The translations under genes and the position numbers were made by a program. The notes beneath the pieces were generated by a model. That model ran no database searches, was not told the origin of the DNA, and saw nothing but the letters and a program-made list of their open reading frames with translations. Below are positions 19,409 to 29,294 of a stretch of 64,000 nt of DNA, piece by piece. Source of the stretch: Chloroflexota bacterium (lineage in GTDB: Bacteria > Chloroflexota > UBA11872); assembly GCA_965208215.1 (NCBI GenBank), contig CBDBOH010000003.1, forward strand, positions 1,338,129 through 1,402,128, in the 5' to 3' direction. Position 1 is the stretch's first letter. Each line of letters begins with the position of its first letter.

Positions 19409-20263
19409 ATGCCGGTAGGAAGTGGATCGCATCGATACGAGCGCGTGCAGGGATGGCCGCAGCTGCCGGCGGATATTTTCCTGGGCTGGATTGGCAGCGT
19501 GGGCGTGGACAGCCAGGGCCGCGTCTACTGCTTCTGCCGCGGCACGCACCCCATGCTCGTCTTCAATGCCGATGGCCGCGTCGTCGATACCTGGGGCGAC
19601 GACCTCCTCAACCACGCCCACGGCGTCTACGTGGATGCCGACGAGCACCTATGGCTGACCGACCGCTACGCCCACGTCGTCTGGGTCACCACCACCGAAG
19701 GTCGCGTCGTGCGCCGCATCGGCTACCCCAACTTCACCAGCGCCGACGGCGGGCACTTCAACCACCCCACCAACACCCACCTCGGCGCCGACGGCTCCAT
19801 CTACGTGTCCGACGGATACGGCGACACCCGCTGTCACCGCTTCGCGCCCAGCGGCCAGTTGCTCAACAGCTGGGGCGAACCCGGCACCGGGCCGGGCCAG
19901 TTCGACCTGCCCCACGGCATCTGGGCCCTCAGCGACGACCGGATCCTGGTGGCCGACCGCGAAAACCACCGCATCCAGATCTTCGACCCCGACGGCGTCT
20001 ACATGGACGAGTGGACCGGATTCCGCCAGCCCTCCGACTTCTACGTGGACGAGGACGCCGGCGTTATCTACCTCGCCGAAGTCGGCGGTCGCGTCTCGAT
20101 CCTCGACCTCGCTGGCCAGACCATCACCTCCTGGGAAGACCCCGGCGACGGTGGCGCTACCTTCAGCGCTCCCCACGGCATTTGGGTCGATGCCGAAGGC
20201 GCCATCTATATGGGCGAAGTCCAGCGCGACGACGCTCTTTACAAGTTCCAGCCCATCGGCTGA
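19409..20263 (+). CDS. NHL-repeat beta-propeller protein
   Basis: Repeated ...HG(V/I)...D.G.(I/L)YV.D.....(I/V) units, about 6 blades in 284 aa. Confidence 0.75.
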   Translation: MPVGSGSHRYERVQGWPQLPADIFLGWIGSVGVDSQGRVYCFCRGTHPMLVFNADGRVVDTWGDDLLNHAHGVYVDADEHLWLTDRYAHVVWVTTTEGRVVRRIGYPNFTSADGGHFNHPTNTHLGADGSIYVSDGYGDTRCHRFAPSGQLLNSWGEPGTGPGQFDLPHGIWALSDDRILVADRENHRIQIFDPDGVYMDEWTGFRQPSDFYVDEDAGVIYLAEVGGRVSILDLAGQTITSWEDPGDGGATFSAPHGIWVDAEGAIYMGEVQRDDALYKFQPIG

Positions 20264-20306
20264 CTGCGATCAGTCGTCGGCCGAGGAATCTGGGGTGATG
20301 GCGGCG

Positions 20307-21257
20307 CTACCTGGCTGACTGTTCGGCCCGTAACTCCGCCAGCACTGCGTCCGTCATCCCCTCCAGGTCGAACCTGGGCGCCCAGCCCCAGTCGGCGCGG
20401 GCGCTCGTGTCGTCCATGCTAGAGGCCCAGCTGTCCACCACGCCCGCGGGCACGGGATCGGGGTCGAACGTTAGCTTCACGTCCGGCATTCGCCTCTTCA
20501 CCGCGTCGGCCATCTCCTGGACCGTGGGGTTGGAGCCCATCACCTGGTAGACGCGGCGACTCAGACTGCTGGCGGGCGCGTCGTGCAGTTGCAGCATCGC
20601 CCCCACCACGTCGTCCACCCAGACCAGCGGGATGCGGCTGTGGGGATAGACCTTGAAGGTATAGCCGCCCTCGCGCACGGACCCGATATAGAGCTCGCAC
20701 ACGAACGCGCTGGCCGCGCCGGCCGCCGGCGCCGTGGGCGCCACCATGGCCGAGAGCCGCACACACCGAAAATCCACGCCAAACCGCTGGTAGTAGTACA
20801 CCCCCAGACGCTCGCCCAGCACCTTCGTCACGCCGTACAGGCCGGCCGGCCATTGCGGGCTGTCGTCGGACACCGTGTCGCCCACGCCCAGGCCAAACGT
20901 GGCCACGGAACTGGGAAACAGCACCCGCCCGACGTCATGAATCCGCGCCGCCTCCAGCACGTTGCGGATGCCGTCCAGGTTCACCCGCCAGGCCAGCTCC
21001 GAGTCCGTCTCCGAACTTCCCGATAGAAGCGAAGCCAGGTGGTAGATGCTGTCGGGTCGGGTTTCGGCGACGATGCCGTCAATAAACCCCGGCGCCTGGG
21101 TCTCTCCCACCCGTACGTCCGCGCGCTCGAACGCCGCCGACGGCGCCACTGGATCGGCCCTTACATCCACCACCGTCACCCGGTCGCCCCGCTTGATCAG
21201 CGCCGCAGCCAAGCGTGATCCAATGCTGCCGGCGCCCCCGGTAATCAGCGCGTGCAT
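20307..21257 (-). CDS. NAD-dependent epimerase/dehydratase family protein
   Basis: N-terminal MHALITGGAGSIGSRL Rossmann motif and YxxxK (YGVTK). 316 aa. Confidence 0.8.
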   Translation of the reverse strand: MHALITGGAGSIGSRLAAALIKRGDRVTVVDVRADPVAPSAAFERADVRVGETQAPGFIDGIVAETRPDSIYHLASLLSGSSETDSELAWRVNLDGIRNVLEAARIHDVGRVLFPSSVATFGLGVGDTVSDDSPQWPAGLYGVTKVLGERLGVYYYQRFGVDFRCVRLSAMVAPTAPAAGAASAFVCELYIGSVREGGYTFKVYPHSRIPLVWVDDVVGAMLQLHDAPASSLSRRVYQVMGSNPTVQEMADAVKRRMPDVKLTFDPDPVPAGVVDSWASSMDDTSARADWGWAPRFDLEGMTDAVLAELRAEQSAR

Positions 21258-21371
21258 GCGTCATCCCTCACGGATCAAAGCGGGCCGTTCCAAGACATCG
21301 ATCATTCTGCCCCGCAAGGGGGCCGCCCGACGAAACGCACGTCCAACCGCCGGGGCTAGGTTTCGTGTGCC

Positions 21372-22817
21372 TCAGCCCAGACCGAGCCGCGCCGCGCTCA
21401 AGCGCTCCAGCGTCGCCGGCGTCGCGTCGTGGGCGGCCAGCCACTCAAGCATCGCGGCATGAATCCTCCGCGCTTCGTCCCGGTCGCTGTCGATCAGGTT
21501 CACCGACTCAGTCGGATCGTCGGCAATGCGATAAAGCCCCGGTCCGCCGTCACCGTCGCCTTCATCCACCAGCAGCTTCCACTCGCCGTCGGTCACGGCA
21601 GGCGCTCGCGTATGCACCCAGCCGCCGCCTACATCCGTGGTCGTCGCAGTGATTGCCAGCGATCGAGGCCCTTCCGAATCCCCTTCGAGCAGCGAAACCA
21701 GGCTGGCGCCCTCCAGGTCCATTTCGCCCGGCACCGGGATGTCGCACAGCTCCAGCACCGTCGGCAGCAAATCCGGCGCCTGCACCAGGCCCGCCAGCCG
21801 TGATCCCGGCGCCACCGTCGTCCGCTTCAACGACGGCGGTACGTGCATCGACCAGCAGATCCCGTTGATCTCACTGTGGAACGGGAACACGCTCCGCGCG
21901 TCGGCCTGGATGCCCGACTTTCCGGTGCGTCCTCGCTCGCCCAGATACATCCCGTGGTCCGACATGAACACCACGATCGAGTTGTCCAGCAAACCCGCGT
22001 CCTCGATCGTGCGCAACATCCGCCCCACCGCCTTGCTCAGCAGCGTGCACATCGCCTTATAGCGCGCCTGCATGTTCCGCAGCTCGGCCGGCGTGTAGAC
22101 GCTCGCCTCCCGGTAGTTCGGCTGCGCGATCGGCGGACCGTCGTACGTCGGGTCGTATAGGTCGAGCAGATACCGAGGCGGAAACCACGGCTCATGCACG
22201 TCAAAGCAGTCCACCCACAGCATGAACGGCTGCGGGCTGGCGTAGCAGTCTTCCAGGAAACGGCACACGTCGTCCGCCATCCGCATCGGCTGCGACTGGT
22301 CCTCGTAGCGCCGCCAGTAGTTCGTATGCGCGTGGATGTCGGGCAGCACCGGCGTATACGAATGGTTCCCAAACTCCACCCGCGTCTTGCGCGGATCCTC
22401 AACCAGGTGCTCGATCGGATCGTTAAGCCGCAGAAACTTGCCGTCGCCTTCATGCCCCCGGTTGAAGTGATGGCGATCGAATCGATGAAAGAAATGCGAG
22501 TTCATCAGGTGCGTGGTGTCCGCGATCAGCTGCGTGCGGTACCCGTTCGCCCCCAGCACCTCCGGCAGCGTCACCGCCTTCGGATCCAGGTTCCGCCAGC
22601 CATGGCGCGGGTGCCCGAACCGCCCCGTAAACCAGTCCGTCCGCATCGGAATCGTCGGAAAACTCGACACCGTGGCCTGCTCAAACGTCACACTCCGCCC
22701 CAGCCAGTCGTCCAGCTCCGGCGTAACCACGTCTGGATGCCCATTCGCCGCAATATGGTCCGGCCGGTACGTGTCGCTCACGATCACGATGACGTTCGGG
22801 CGTACACGGCTGGACAT
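21372..22817 (-). CDS. Sulfatase-like protein of the alkaline-phosphatase superfamily, with Thr at the formylglycine position
   Basis: N-terminal VIVIVSDTYRPDH metal-binding block and C-terminal sulfatase-like blocks. The position aligning to the C-x-P-x-R signature reads TIPMRTDWFTG. Confidence 0.7.
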   Translation of the reverse strand: MSSRVRPNVIVIVSDTYRPDHIAANGHPDVVTPELDDWLGRSVTFEQATVSSFPTIPMRTDWFTGRFGHPRHGWRNLDPKAVTLPEVLGANGYRTQLIADTTHLMNSHFFHRFDRHHFNRGHEGDGKFLRLNDPIEHLVEDPRKTRVEFGNHSYTPVLPDIHAHTNYWRRYEDQSQPMRMADDVCRFLEDCYASPQPFMLWVDCFDVHEPWFPPRYLLDLYDPTYDGPPIAQPNYREASVYTPAELRNMQARYKAMCTLLSKAVGRMLRTIEDAGLLDNSIVVFMSDHGMYLGERGRTGKSGIQADARSVFPFHSEINGICWSMHVPPSLKRTTVAPGSRLAGLVQAPDLLPTVLELCDIPVPGEMDLEGASLVSLLEGDSEGPRSLAITATTTDVGGGWVHTRAPAVTDGEWKLLVDEGDGDGGPGLYRIADDPTESVNLIDSDRDEARRIHAAMLEWLAAHDATPATLERLSAARLGLG

Positions 22818-22954
22818 GGGAGAGGCCTTCGGAGTTGTCGCGCCGGCGGCGCATTCTCGCCTACCGCGCGCCGGAACGTCTGATCACAGTTGATTGGCTG
22901 TGGCTCGGGGGGAGGGACCGTCGATAGCGAGCGGCCAGCGAGCGGGCGCTGACC

Positions 22955-24124
22955 TTAGATTGGCTCCGTCCCCTCAGCCAGGTCGGCAAGGTAGCGATCG
23001 TGTGCGAAAACCCGGTTGCGACGCCTGCCTGTCAGTTCACGGGTGATCTCCAGCTCGACGAGCAAGTTCATTGCCGACGAGACGGCGGGAAATGAGAGGC
23101 CGGTGGCGTCGGCGGCGCTGCTCACAGATAGCACGGGCCGCGCCTTAATTGCCTCGTGGACTCGTAGGGCTGAGCCCGCACGCCTGCCGGCTGCTTCGAT
23201 CATGGCACGGTCCCTCTGGAACATTGCTTCCAGACGCTCTGCGGCCACGACGGCTTCTGTGGCAACTTGCCGGACGCCTTCAAGGAAGAATCCCAGCCAG
23301 GCTTCCCAATCGCCCTCATGTCGAACGCGGTCCAGCAGGTCGTAGTAGGTCGCGCGGTTCTGCTTGAAGTACAGGCTGAGATAGAGCAGCGGTTCGCGCA
23401 GGGCGCCGCCGTGGCAGAGCAGAAACGTGATTAAGAGACGTCCAACGCGCCCGTTGCCGTCCAGGAACGGGTGAATGGTCTCGAACTGGACGTGCGCCAG
23501 CCCGGCCCGTACCAGCAGCGGCAATCCATCGTCGTCGGCGTGCAGGAAGCGCTCGAGTGCCGCCATGCAATCGGGAACGGCGGGATGCGGCGGCGGCACG
23601 AAGCGTGCGTTCCCAGGCCGTGTTCCCCCGATCCAGTTCTGTGAGCGTCGGAACTCGCCCGGGGACTTCTCGCTGCCGCGCCCGCTTGCGAGTAGCACTC
23701 CGTGGATTTCGCGGATCAGTCGGTTCGAGAGCGGAAAGTCTCCACGCAGCCGCGCGATACCGTGATCTAGAGCCGCGACGTAGTTGGACACCTCCACCAC
23801 GTCCAGGTCGTTCCGCGGCACGCCCGGTACCTGCTCCAATTCGTAGAGCAGCAGATCCGAGAGCGAAGACTGTGTGCCCTCAATCTGCGACGAGAGTACG
23901 GCCTCCTTGCGGATGTAGCTGTAGATGAAGAGTTCAGGAGCCGGCAGCATCGTCGAAATGCTGTCCAGGCGCCCGAGGGCGAGCAGCGCGCGTTCCAAGG
24001 CCTGTTGCAGCGTCCCGTCAAGCGCGAGCGGCGGGTCGGGCGGCAAGGGCACGGGCACGAACGCCTTGAATTGCTCACCGACCCTGGCCATGCTCTGGTA
24101 TCTGCCAGTGGCGCCGCGTTGCAT
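22955..24124 (-). CDS. Fic/DOC family protein with a C-terminal winged-helix-like domain
   Basis: Canonical Fic motif HPFLDGNGRVGRLL. 389 aa. Confidence 0.85.
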   Translation of the reverse strand: MQRGATGRYQSMARVGEQFKAFVPVPLPPDPPLALDGTLQQALERALLALGRLDSISTMLPAPELFIYSYIRKEAVLSSQIEGTQSSLSDLLLYELEQVPGVPRNDLDVVEVSNYVAALDHGIARLRGDFPLSNRLIREIHGVLLASGRGSEKSPGEFRRSQNWIGGTRPGNARFVPPPHPAVPDCMAALERFLHADDDGLPLLVRAGLAHVQFETIHPFLDGNGRVGRLLITFLLCHGGALREPLLYLSLYFKQNRATYYDLLDRVRHEGDWEAWLGFFLEGVRQVATEAVVAAERLEAMFQRDRAMIEAAGRRAGSALRVHEAIKARPVLSVSSAADATGLSFPAVSSAMNLLVELEITRELTGRRRNRVFAHDRYLADLAEGTEPI

Positions 24125-24155
24125 TTTTGGAAAGCCTGTCCCTTAGTACGCAACA

Positions 24156-24319
24156 CTGAATAACGCGATTCGCTATTCAGACTTCTGCCATGAAGTCTAA
24201 ATAAGGGAATGTCTGGAAGTCTAGGCTCTCCATTCGGAAAAGGCCTATCGAAAGCTATGCAATGTTGAATAACGGGATCGTCTATTCAGACTTCCCCCGG
24301 TAAGTCTGAATAGCGAGGT
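24156..24319. repeat. Cluster of nested palindromes built from TATTCAGACTT / AAGTCTnAATA units, in the divergent fic / GH172 promoter region
   Basis: Element A at 24156-24185 and element B at 24263-24293 both read TGAATAACGnGATnCGnTATTCAGACTTC. There is a perfect 12-bp inverted repeat CTATTCAGACTT-N9-AAGTCTGAATAG at 24281-24314. The region is locally AT-rich. Confidence 0.6.
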
Positions 24320-24472
24320 TTACGGAAGGCGAGTGAGTCCAGGTGAGTGGTGCCAGACCCCGCGACGGATGCGCGCTTCCGCCATTTCCACGTCTACGAC
24401 GTCACTGGCTCGCGGTCCAGCGCTCCACGAACTCACAATGGGCACCGTCGCTCATGCCACCAGGATCCCACC

Positions 24473-25591
24473 ATGCCCGCCTTCAACGGCCTCAACCTCC
24501 ACCTCGGCAACCTCTCACGCCTGTCCTCGGCCCAATCCCGCTCCATCTCCGCCGAAAACCCGCGCGGCGAACGCGGCGGCGGCGCCAGGGCCGAAGCTGA
24601 TCCCAACGGCCCCTCCCGCCACCTGGGTCGCGGCTGGAAGTGCCGTCCCGCCGTCGCGATAGACCCTGGCGAGACCCTGGAAATGGCCGACATCCAGGGT
24701 CCCGGCGCCATCCAGAGCATCTGGATCACCGGCTCCGTCTCCCGCAACCTCATCCTGCGCATGTACTGGGACAATCAGCAGCAGCCCGCCGTCGAGGTCC
24801 CGCTGCCCGATTTCTTTGCCGTGCCTTGGGCGACCAGGGAGGACGACCTGAAAGACCACTTTGCCCAGGTCACCGCCCTGCCCATCGCCGTCAATCCCGG
24901 CTGCGGACTGAACTGCTTTTGGCAGATGCCCTTCCGGCGACACTGCCGGATCACGCTTGAGAATCAGCACCCCGCCCATTCCCAGCGCTGCTTCTACCAG
25001 GTCAACTACACCCTCACCGACGTGCCGGACGATGCTGCCTACTTCCACGCCCAGTTCCGGCGCGCCAACCCGGTGCCGTACGGCGAGGAATACACCATCG
25101 TCGATGGCATCCGCGGCCGAGGCCACTACGTCGGCACCTCCCTCGGTTGGGGCGTGCTGGACGACCGCTGGTGGGGCGAAGGCGAGATCAAGTTCTTCAT
25201 CGATGGTGACGACGAGTTTCCGACCATCTGCGGAACGGGAACCGAGGACTATGTCGGCGGCTCATACGACTGGAGCGTCGCTGGCGAATACCGCACCTAC
25301 ACCACCCCGTTCCTGGGCATGCACCAGGTCATCAAGCCCGACGGCCACATGCTCAACAAGCACCGACATGCCATGTACCGCTTCCACGTCCTCGACCCGA
25401 TCCGGTTTCAGCGCGATCTCCGCGTCACCATCCAGGACCTCGGCTTCCATCCCGATCGCGACTTCGACGGTAAGGGCAAGCTCTTCATGGCCCGCCAGGA
25501 CGACATCTGCTCCGTCGCCTACTGGTACCAGGCCCTGCCCACTGCGCCGTTCCCCGAGTTGCCCGACCGGATGTTCCTGACCCTGCCGTGA
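24473..25591 (+). CDS. DUF2961 / glycoside hydrolase family 172-like protein
   Basis: ATG 24473 with AGGA upstream. The track ORF 24347.. is upstream read-through. Conserved blocks (GTGTEDYVGGSYDW, WYQ) resemble DUF2961; assigned from memory. Confidence 0.65.
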   Translation: MPAFNGLNLHLGNLSRLSSAQSRSISAENPRGERGGGARAEADPNGPSRHLGRGWKCRPAVAIDPGETLEMADIQGPGAIQSIWITGSVSRNLILRMYWDNQQQPAVEVPLPDFFAVPWATREDDLKDHFAQVTALPIAVNPGCGLNCFWQMPFRRHCRITLENQHPAHSQRCFYQVNYTLTDVPDDAAYFHAQFRRANPVPYGEEYTIVDGIRGRGHYVGTSLGWGVLDDRWWGEGEIKFFIDGDDEFPTICGTGTEDYVGGSYDWSVAGEYRTYTTPFLGMHQVIKPDGHMLNKHRHAMYRFHVLDPIRFQRDLRVTIQDLGFHPDRDFDGKGKLFMARQDDICSVAYWYQALPTAPFPELPDRMFLTLP

Positions 25592-25715
25592 CGTAGCCGC
25601 GTCATGAACCCGACAGAGCGCCGTCCGGAATCCAAGCCGCCAACCTTCTACAGAATATTCGCGCAGGAGCAACAGATTGCCGGTGTCGCGTGGCACACTC
25701 AACCAGGATTAACGT

Positions 25716-27095
25716 GTGCCTGCAGGAGCTCAACCTCTGGCCGCAAGCAAGCGTCCGTCAGCAGTCTCGGCGTGCGATCACGGCCCCGGCTGTCAGTGCG
25801 CTGGCCGGTGCGATGCGGTGCTGTTTGATGTGCCGGGTCTGAAACTGGCGTCGCGCCGCGGATTCCTGCGCGCAACCCTGGCTGTCGCCGCCGCTGCGGG
25901 TGCAAGCCCGCTCATTGCCCGTGCCGTCACTGAAGGGGAGATTGAGGATGCGGAGCGCGAGCAGGCTGAACTCGAACGCCTCGCTCAGGAGGAACTAACG
26001 CTCCTGGCCGCCGCCGAGGCCCGCGAGGGCGCGCTCCAGCAGCAACTCGCCGTTATCGACCGCCAGCGTTTTGCCGCAGTCGAGCGCTTGCGCGATGTCA
26101 ACCGCCAGCTCGAAACGGTGGAACTCGAAGTCTTCGATATCAACGCGTCCATCGCCAACCTCAATCGAGCTCTGGCCCGCGAAACCGACAACCTGGGCGC
26201 CCGCGTTCGTTCCCTCTACAAGGCTGGCCGCACTACCACGCTCGAGACCGTGCTCTCCTCCACTTCATTCTCCGAGGCGCTTGATCGCGCAACCTCGCTT
26301 GAGCGAGCCCTGGCCCAGGACCTTGAAGAAATTGAGTCTCTCCGGCGCAGCCGCCAGACCGTGCAACTTCGCACAGCCGACTTGGCCGCCCGTCTCCAGC
26401 AGATGGACGAACTCCGTCAGGAAGCGGCCGCCATCGAGGGCGAACTCCAGCGGCGTTCGAGAGAACAACAGGACCTGATCTTCGGTGTCCAGCGCGAACA
26501 GGTGACGCTCGACGCGAACAGGCTCGCCTTCGAAGCCGAGGCCGCAGTCGTCAGCAACCGCATTCTCATCCTTCGCGATATTCGCCAGCGCGAACTCGCT
26601 CAGCTGGAACGCATCAAGAAGCTCCAGCAAGCTCAGGAGCAGGCCCGCGAGTTGGCACGCCAGGTCGCGCAGACCCAGGGCACGTCGGTCGCCGGTGTCT
26701 ACACCTGGCCCCTCTGGGGCCTCATTACCACCGAGTTCGGCGGCTGTACCTGGGGCCAGTGCCCCCACATCGGCATCGACGTTGCCGGTGACATGCTGGC
26801 GCCCATCGTGGCCGCCAACGACGGCATCGTGCTTGCGGCCGACTACGTCGTGCCCGGCAACCGCCAGGCCTCCTACGGGATGATCGTGGTCATCGCCCAC
26901 AATCAGAACGAGGAAACCCTCTACGCCCACCTGGACGACTACACGTCCCCGCCGCCCGTCTCGCCTGGACAATTCGTCAGTCGCGGTCAGGTGATCGGCT
27001 ATGTCGGTCTCACGGGTTGGACCACCGGCCCCCACCTGCACTTCGAATACCGCGTAAACGGCGTCGCGCAGAATCCCCGTAATGTCCTGGTCTGA
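25716..27095 (+). CDS. M23 family metallopeptidase with an N-terminal coiled-coil (EnvC-like)
   Basis: LytM domain motifs HIGIDVAG and AHLD, then HLHFEY. A long coiled-coil region precedes it. A twin-arginine-like signal SRRGFLRATLAVAAAAGA suggests the real start may be GTG 25830. Confidence 0.8.
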   Translation: MPAGAQPLAASKRPSAVSACDHGPGCQCAGRCDAVLFDVPGLKLASRRGFLRATLAVAAAAGASPLIARAVTEGEIEDAEREQAELERLAQEELTLLAAAEAREGALQQQLAVIDRQRFAAVERLRDVNRQLETVELEVFDINASIANLNRALARETDNLGARVRSLYKAGRTTTLETVLSSTSFSEALDRATSLERALAQDLEEIESLRRSRQTVQLRTADLAARLQQMDELRQEAAAIEGELQRRSREQQDLIFGVQREQVTLDANRLAFEAEAAVVSNRILILRDIRQRELAQLERIKKLQQAQEQARELARQVAQTQGTSVAGVYTWPLWGLITTEFGGCTWGQCPHIGIDVAGDMLAPIVAANDGIVLAADYVVPGNRQASYGMIVVIAHNQNEETLYAHLDDYTSPPPVSPGQFVSRGQVIGYVGLTGWTTGPHLHFEYRVNGVAQNPRNVLV

Positions 27096-27238
27096 CGTCT
27101 CGCGCCGGCACTGAGCCCCCTCCCCCGGTCGGTGACGGACTGGCACAGTCCAGATCGCTCGTATCATGGCCCTTCGCCCCATGCTTGGTTTGACTAGCCG
27201 AGCGCCCGCCCCGCCCCGTGCCTCAGGATTCGCTACGG

Positions 27239-27580
27239 ATGGAAACTGCTACCGATACGACGGCCGGCCACGAACTGAAGTACGACGCCGCCGGTCTGGT
27301 TCCGGCGATCTGTCAGGACGAGACCAGCGGCGACATCCTCATGCTTGGCTATATGAACCGCGAGGCCTTTGCCCGCACGCTGAACTCCGGCACGGTCTGG
27401 TTCTTCAGCCGCAGCCGCCGGGAACTCTGGAACAAGGGTTCCACCTCCGGCAACTACCTTTGCGTGGTCGATCTGGTGGCCGACTGCGACTGCGACGCCC
27501 TTCTGGTAAAGGTCAACCCCGCCGGTCCCACCTGTCACACCGGCGTGCGTTCCTGCTTCCACAACCCGGTCAATCTCTGA
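27239..27580 (+). CDS. hisI: Phosphoribosyl-AMP cyclohydrolase
   Basis: Conserved LVPAICQDETSGDILMLGYMNREA, and the C-terminal Cys cluster CDCDALLV...CHTG. ATG 27239 with an upstream AGGA. The track start is GTG 27218. Confidence 0.85.
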   Translation: METATDTTAGHELKYDAAGLVPAICQDETSGDILMLGYMNREAFARTLNSGTVWFFSRSRRELWNKGSTSGNYLCVVDLVADCDCDALLVKVNPAGPTCHTGVRSCFHNPVNL

Positions 27581-27620
27581 TGCGGTCCTGGAAGCCACGC
27601 GCTGCAGCCGCCTGACAAGC

Positions 27621-28205
27621 ATGTCCGACCTCATCGGCGCTCACCTGCGCGCGCTAAGTCGGCGACTCTCCGCACTCCGGCTCGCCGCTATCGAACCCCT
27701 GGCTGCGTCCGTGGAGGCTGCGTGGCGCGCCGACCGTACGGTTTTCATCGTCGGCAACGGGGGCAGCGCAGCCACCGCGTCGCACTTCGCCACTGACCTC
27801 GCCAAGACCACGGCCGCCAGCGCGCCGGGCGCGCGACGTATCCGCGCGTTGGCGCTCACGGAAAGCGTTGGCCTACTCACCGCCTGGGCCAACGACGCGG
27901 CTTACGAGCACGTGTTTGCCGAGCAACTCCGCAACCTCGCCCGCCCGAACGACCTGCTGATTGCCATCAGTACCAGCGGAGAGTCGCCCAACCTCGTCGC
28001 CGCCGTCGCGGCCGCCGCGGACTGCGGCGTGCGCACCGTGGCTCTGGCTCCGCCATCGTCCGCCGTGGCGGAGGGCGCCGACCTTGTGGTCCCCGTTGAA
28101 AGCGAGTCCGTCCAGATCGCCGAAGACTTGCATCACGCCGTTTGCCACAGCGTCACCGTGCACATGACGTCGGTGCTCACCGCCGCGCAGTCGCGCCGCG
28201 CTTGA
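27621..28205 (+). CDS. gmhA: SIS-domain sedoheptulose-7-phosphate isomerase (GmhA-like)
   Basis: FIVGNGGSAATASHFATDL and ISTSGESPNL SIS motifs. 194 aa. Confidence 0.8.
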   Translation: MSDLIGAHLRALSRRLSALRLAAIEPLAASVEAAWRADRTVFIVGNGGSAATASHFATDLAKTTAASAPGARRIRALALTESVGLLTAWANDAAYEHVFAEQLRNLARPNDLLIAISTSGESPNLVAAVAAAADCGVRTVALAPPSSAVAEGADLVVPVESESVQIAEDLHHAVCHSVTVHMTSVLTAAQSRRA

Positions 28206-28284
28206 TCGTGCCTCCAGCCGGCTTGCGGATTCCTTCGGATCTCGCGATCTCGGCCCTGGACGCCACGGCCTTCGTTCCCTTTCC

Positions 28285-29262
28285 ATGATCGTCACCCAGA
28301 CGCCGCTGCGTCTCAGCTTCTTCGGCGGCGGCACTGACTTTCCCGACTACTACAGAATCGACGGCGGTGCGGTACTCACCACCGCCATCGATAAGTGCGT
28401 CTACGTCATCGTCAAAGAGCGCTTCGACGACGATATCTACATCAACTACTCCATCAAGGAAATCGTCCAATCGGTCGACGCAATTCGGCACGACCTCGTG
28501 CGCGAATCCATGCGAATTACCGGCGTAAGCCGCGGCGTCGAGATCACCACCTTGGCCGATGTTCCCAGCACTGGTACCGGGCTTGGCTCTTCTGCCGCCG
28601 TTACCGTAGGTCTGTTGCATGCCCTGCACACCTATTGCGGCCGCCTGGTTGATGCGCGCACGCTCGCGGAGCAGGCCTGCCGGATCGAACTCGAAATCCT
28701 CGACCGGCCGATGGGCAAGCAGGATCAGTACATCTCGGCCTTCGGCGGCCTGCGATCAATTGGCTTCCATTCCGATGACCGTGTCGATGTGCGACACATC
28801 CGGACCGATCCGGATATCCCGCGCCGGCTCCAGGATCGGCTACTGGTCTTTTTCACCGGACGTACCCGCTCGTCGTCAACAATCCTCGATCGTCAACAGC
28901 GGCGAATCGTCCGGTCCCGCGTCGACCTCGACCGGCTCAAGGCCTGTGCGCTTGAGGCCCATGAGCTGCTCTCGGCCGGCCGGCTAGACGAGTTTGGCGC
29001 GTTGCTCGACACGGCTTGGCGTCATAAGAAGGCGCTGGCCGAGGGTGTGTCCGACGCCGCTATCGACAGGCTCTATGACCAGGCCCGCAACGCCGGGGCG
29101 TTGGGCGGCAAAATCGCCGGCGCTGGCGGCGGCGGTTTTCTGGTCTTTTATGTGACCCCGCGTCGCCAGGACGACGTTCGCCAGGCGCTATTCCCGTTAC
29201 GCGAACTTCCCGTGGCCTTCGACCCCGCCGGTGCCCGGGTCGTGTTCAATATCCACCGTTAG
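28285..29262 (+). CDS. hddA: GHMP kinase, D-glycero-D-manno-heptose 7-phosphate kinase-like (HddA-like)
   Basis: N-terminal PLRLSFFGGGTD and GHMP motif PSTGTGLGSSAAV. Confidence 0.75.
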   Translation: MIVTQTPLRLSFFGGGTDFPDYYRIDGGAVLTTAIDKCVYVIVKERFDDDIYINYSIKEIVQSVDAIRHDLVRESMRITGVSRGVEITTLADVPSTGTGLGSSAAVTVGLLHALHTYCGRLVDARTLAEQACRIELEILDRPMGKQDQYISAFGGLRSIGFHSDDRVDVRHIRTDPDIPRRLQDRLLVFFTGRTRSSSTILDRQQRRIVRSRVDLDRLKACALEAHELLSAGRLDEFGALLDTAWRHKKALAEGVSDAAIDRLYDQARNAGALGGKIAGAGGGGFLVFYVTPRRQDDVRQALFPLRELPVAFDPAGARVVFNIHR

Positions 29263-29294
29263 GCGCCGCGTCGCACCATCGAGTTTCTGAACCC

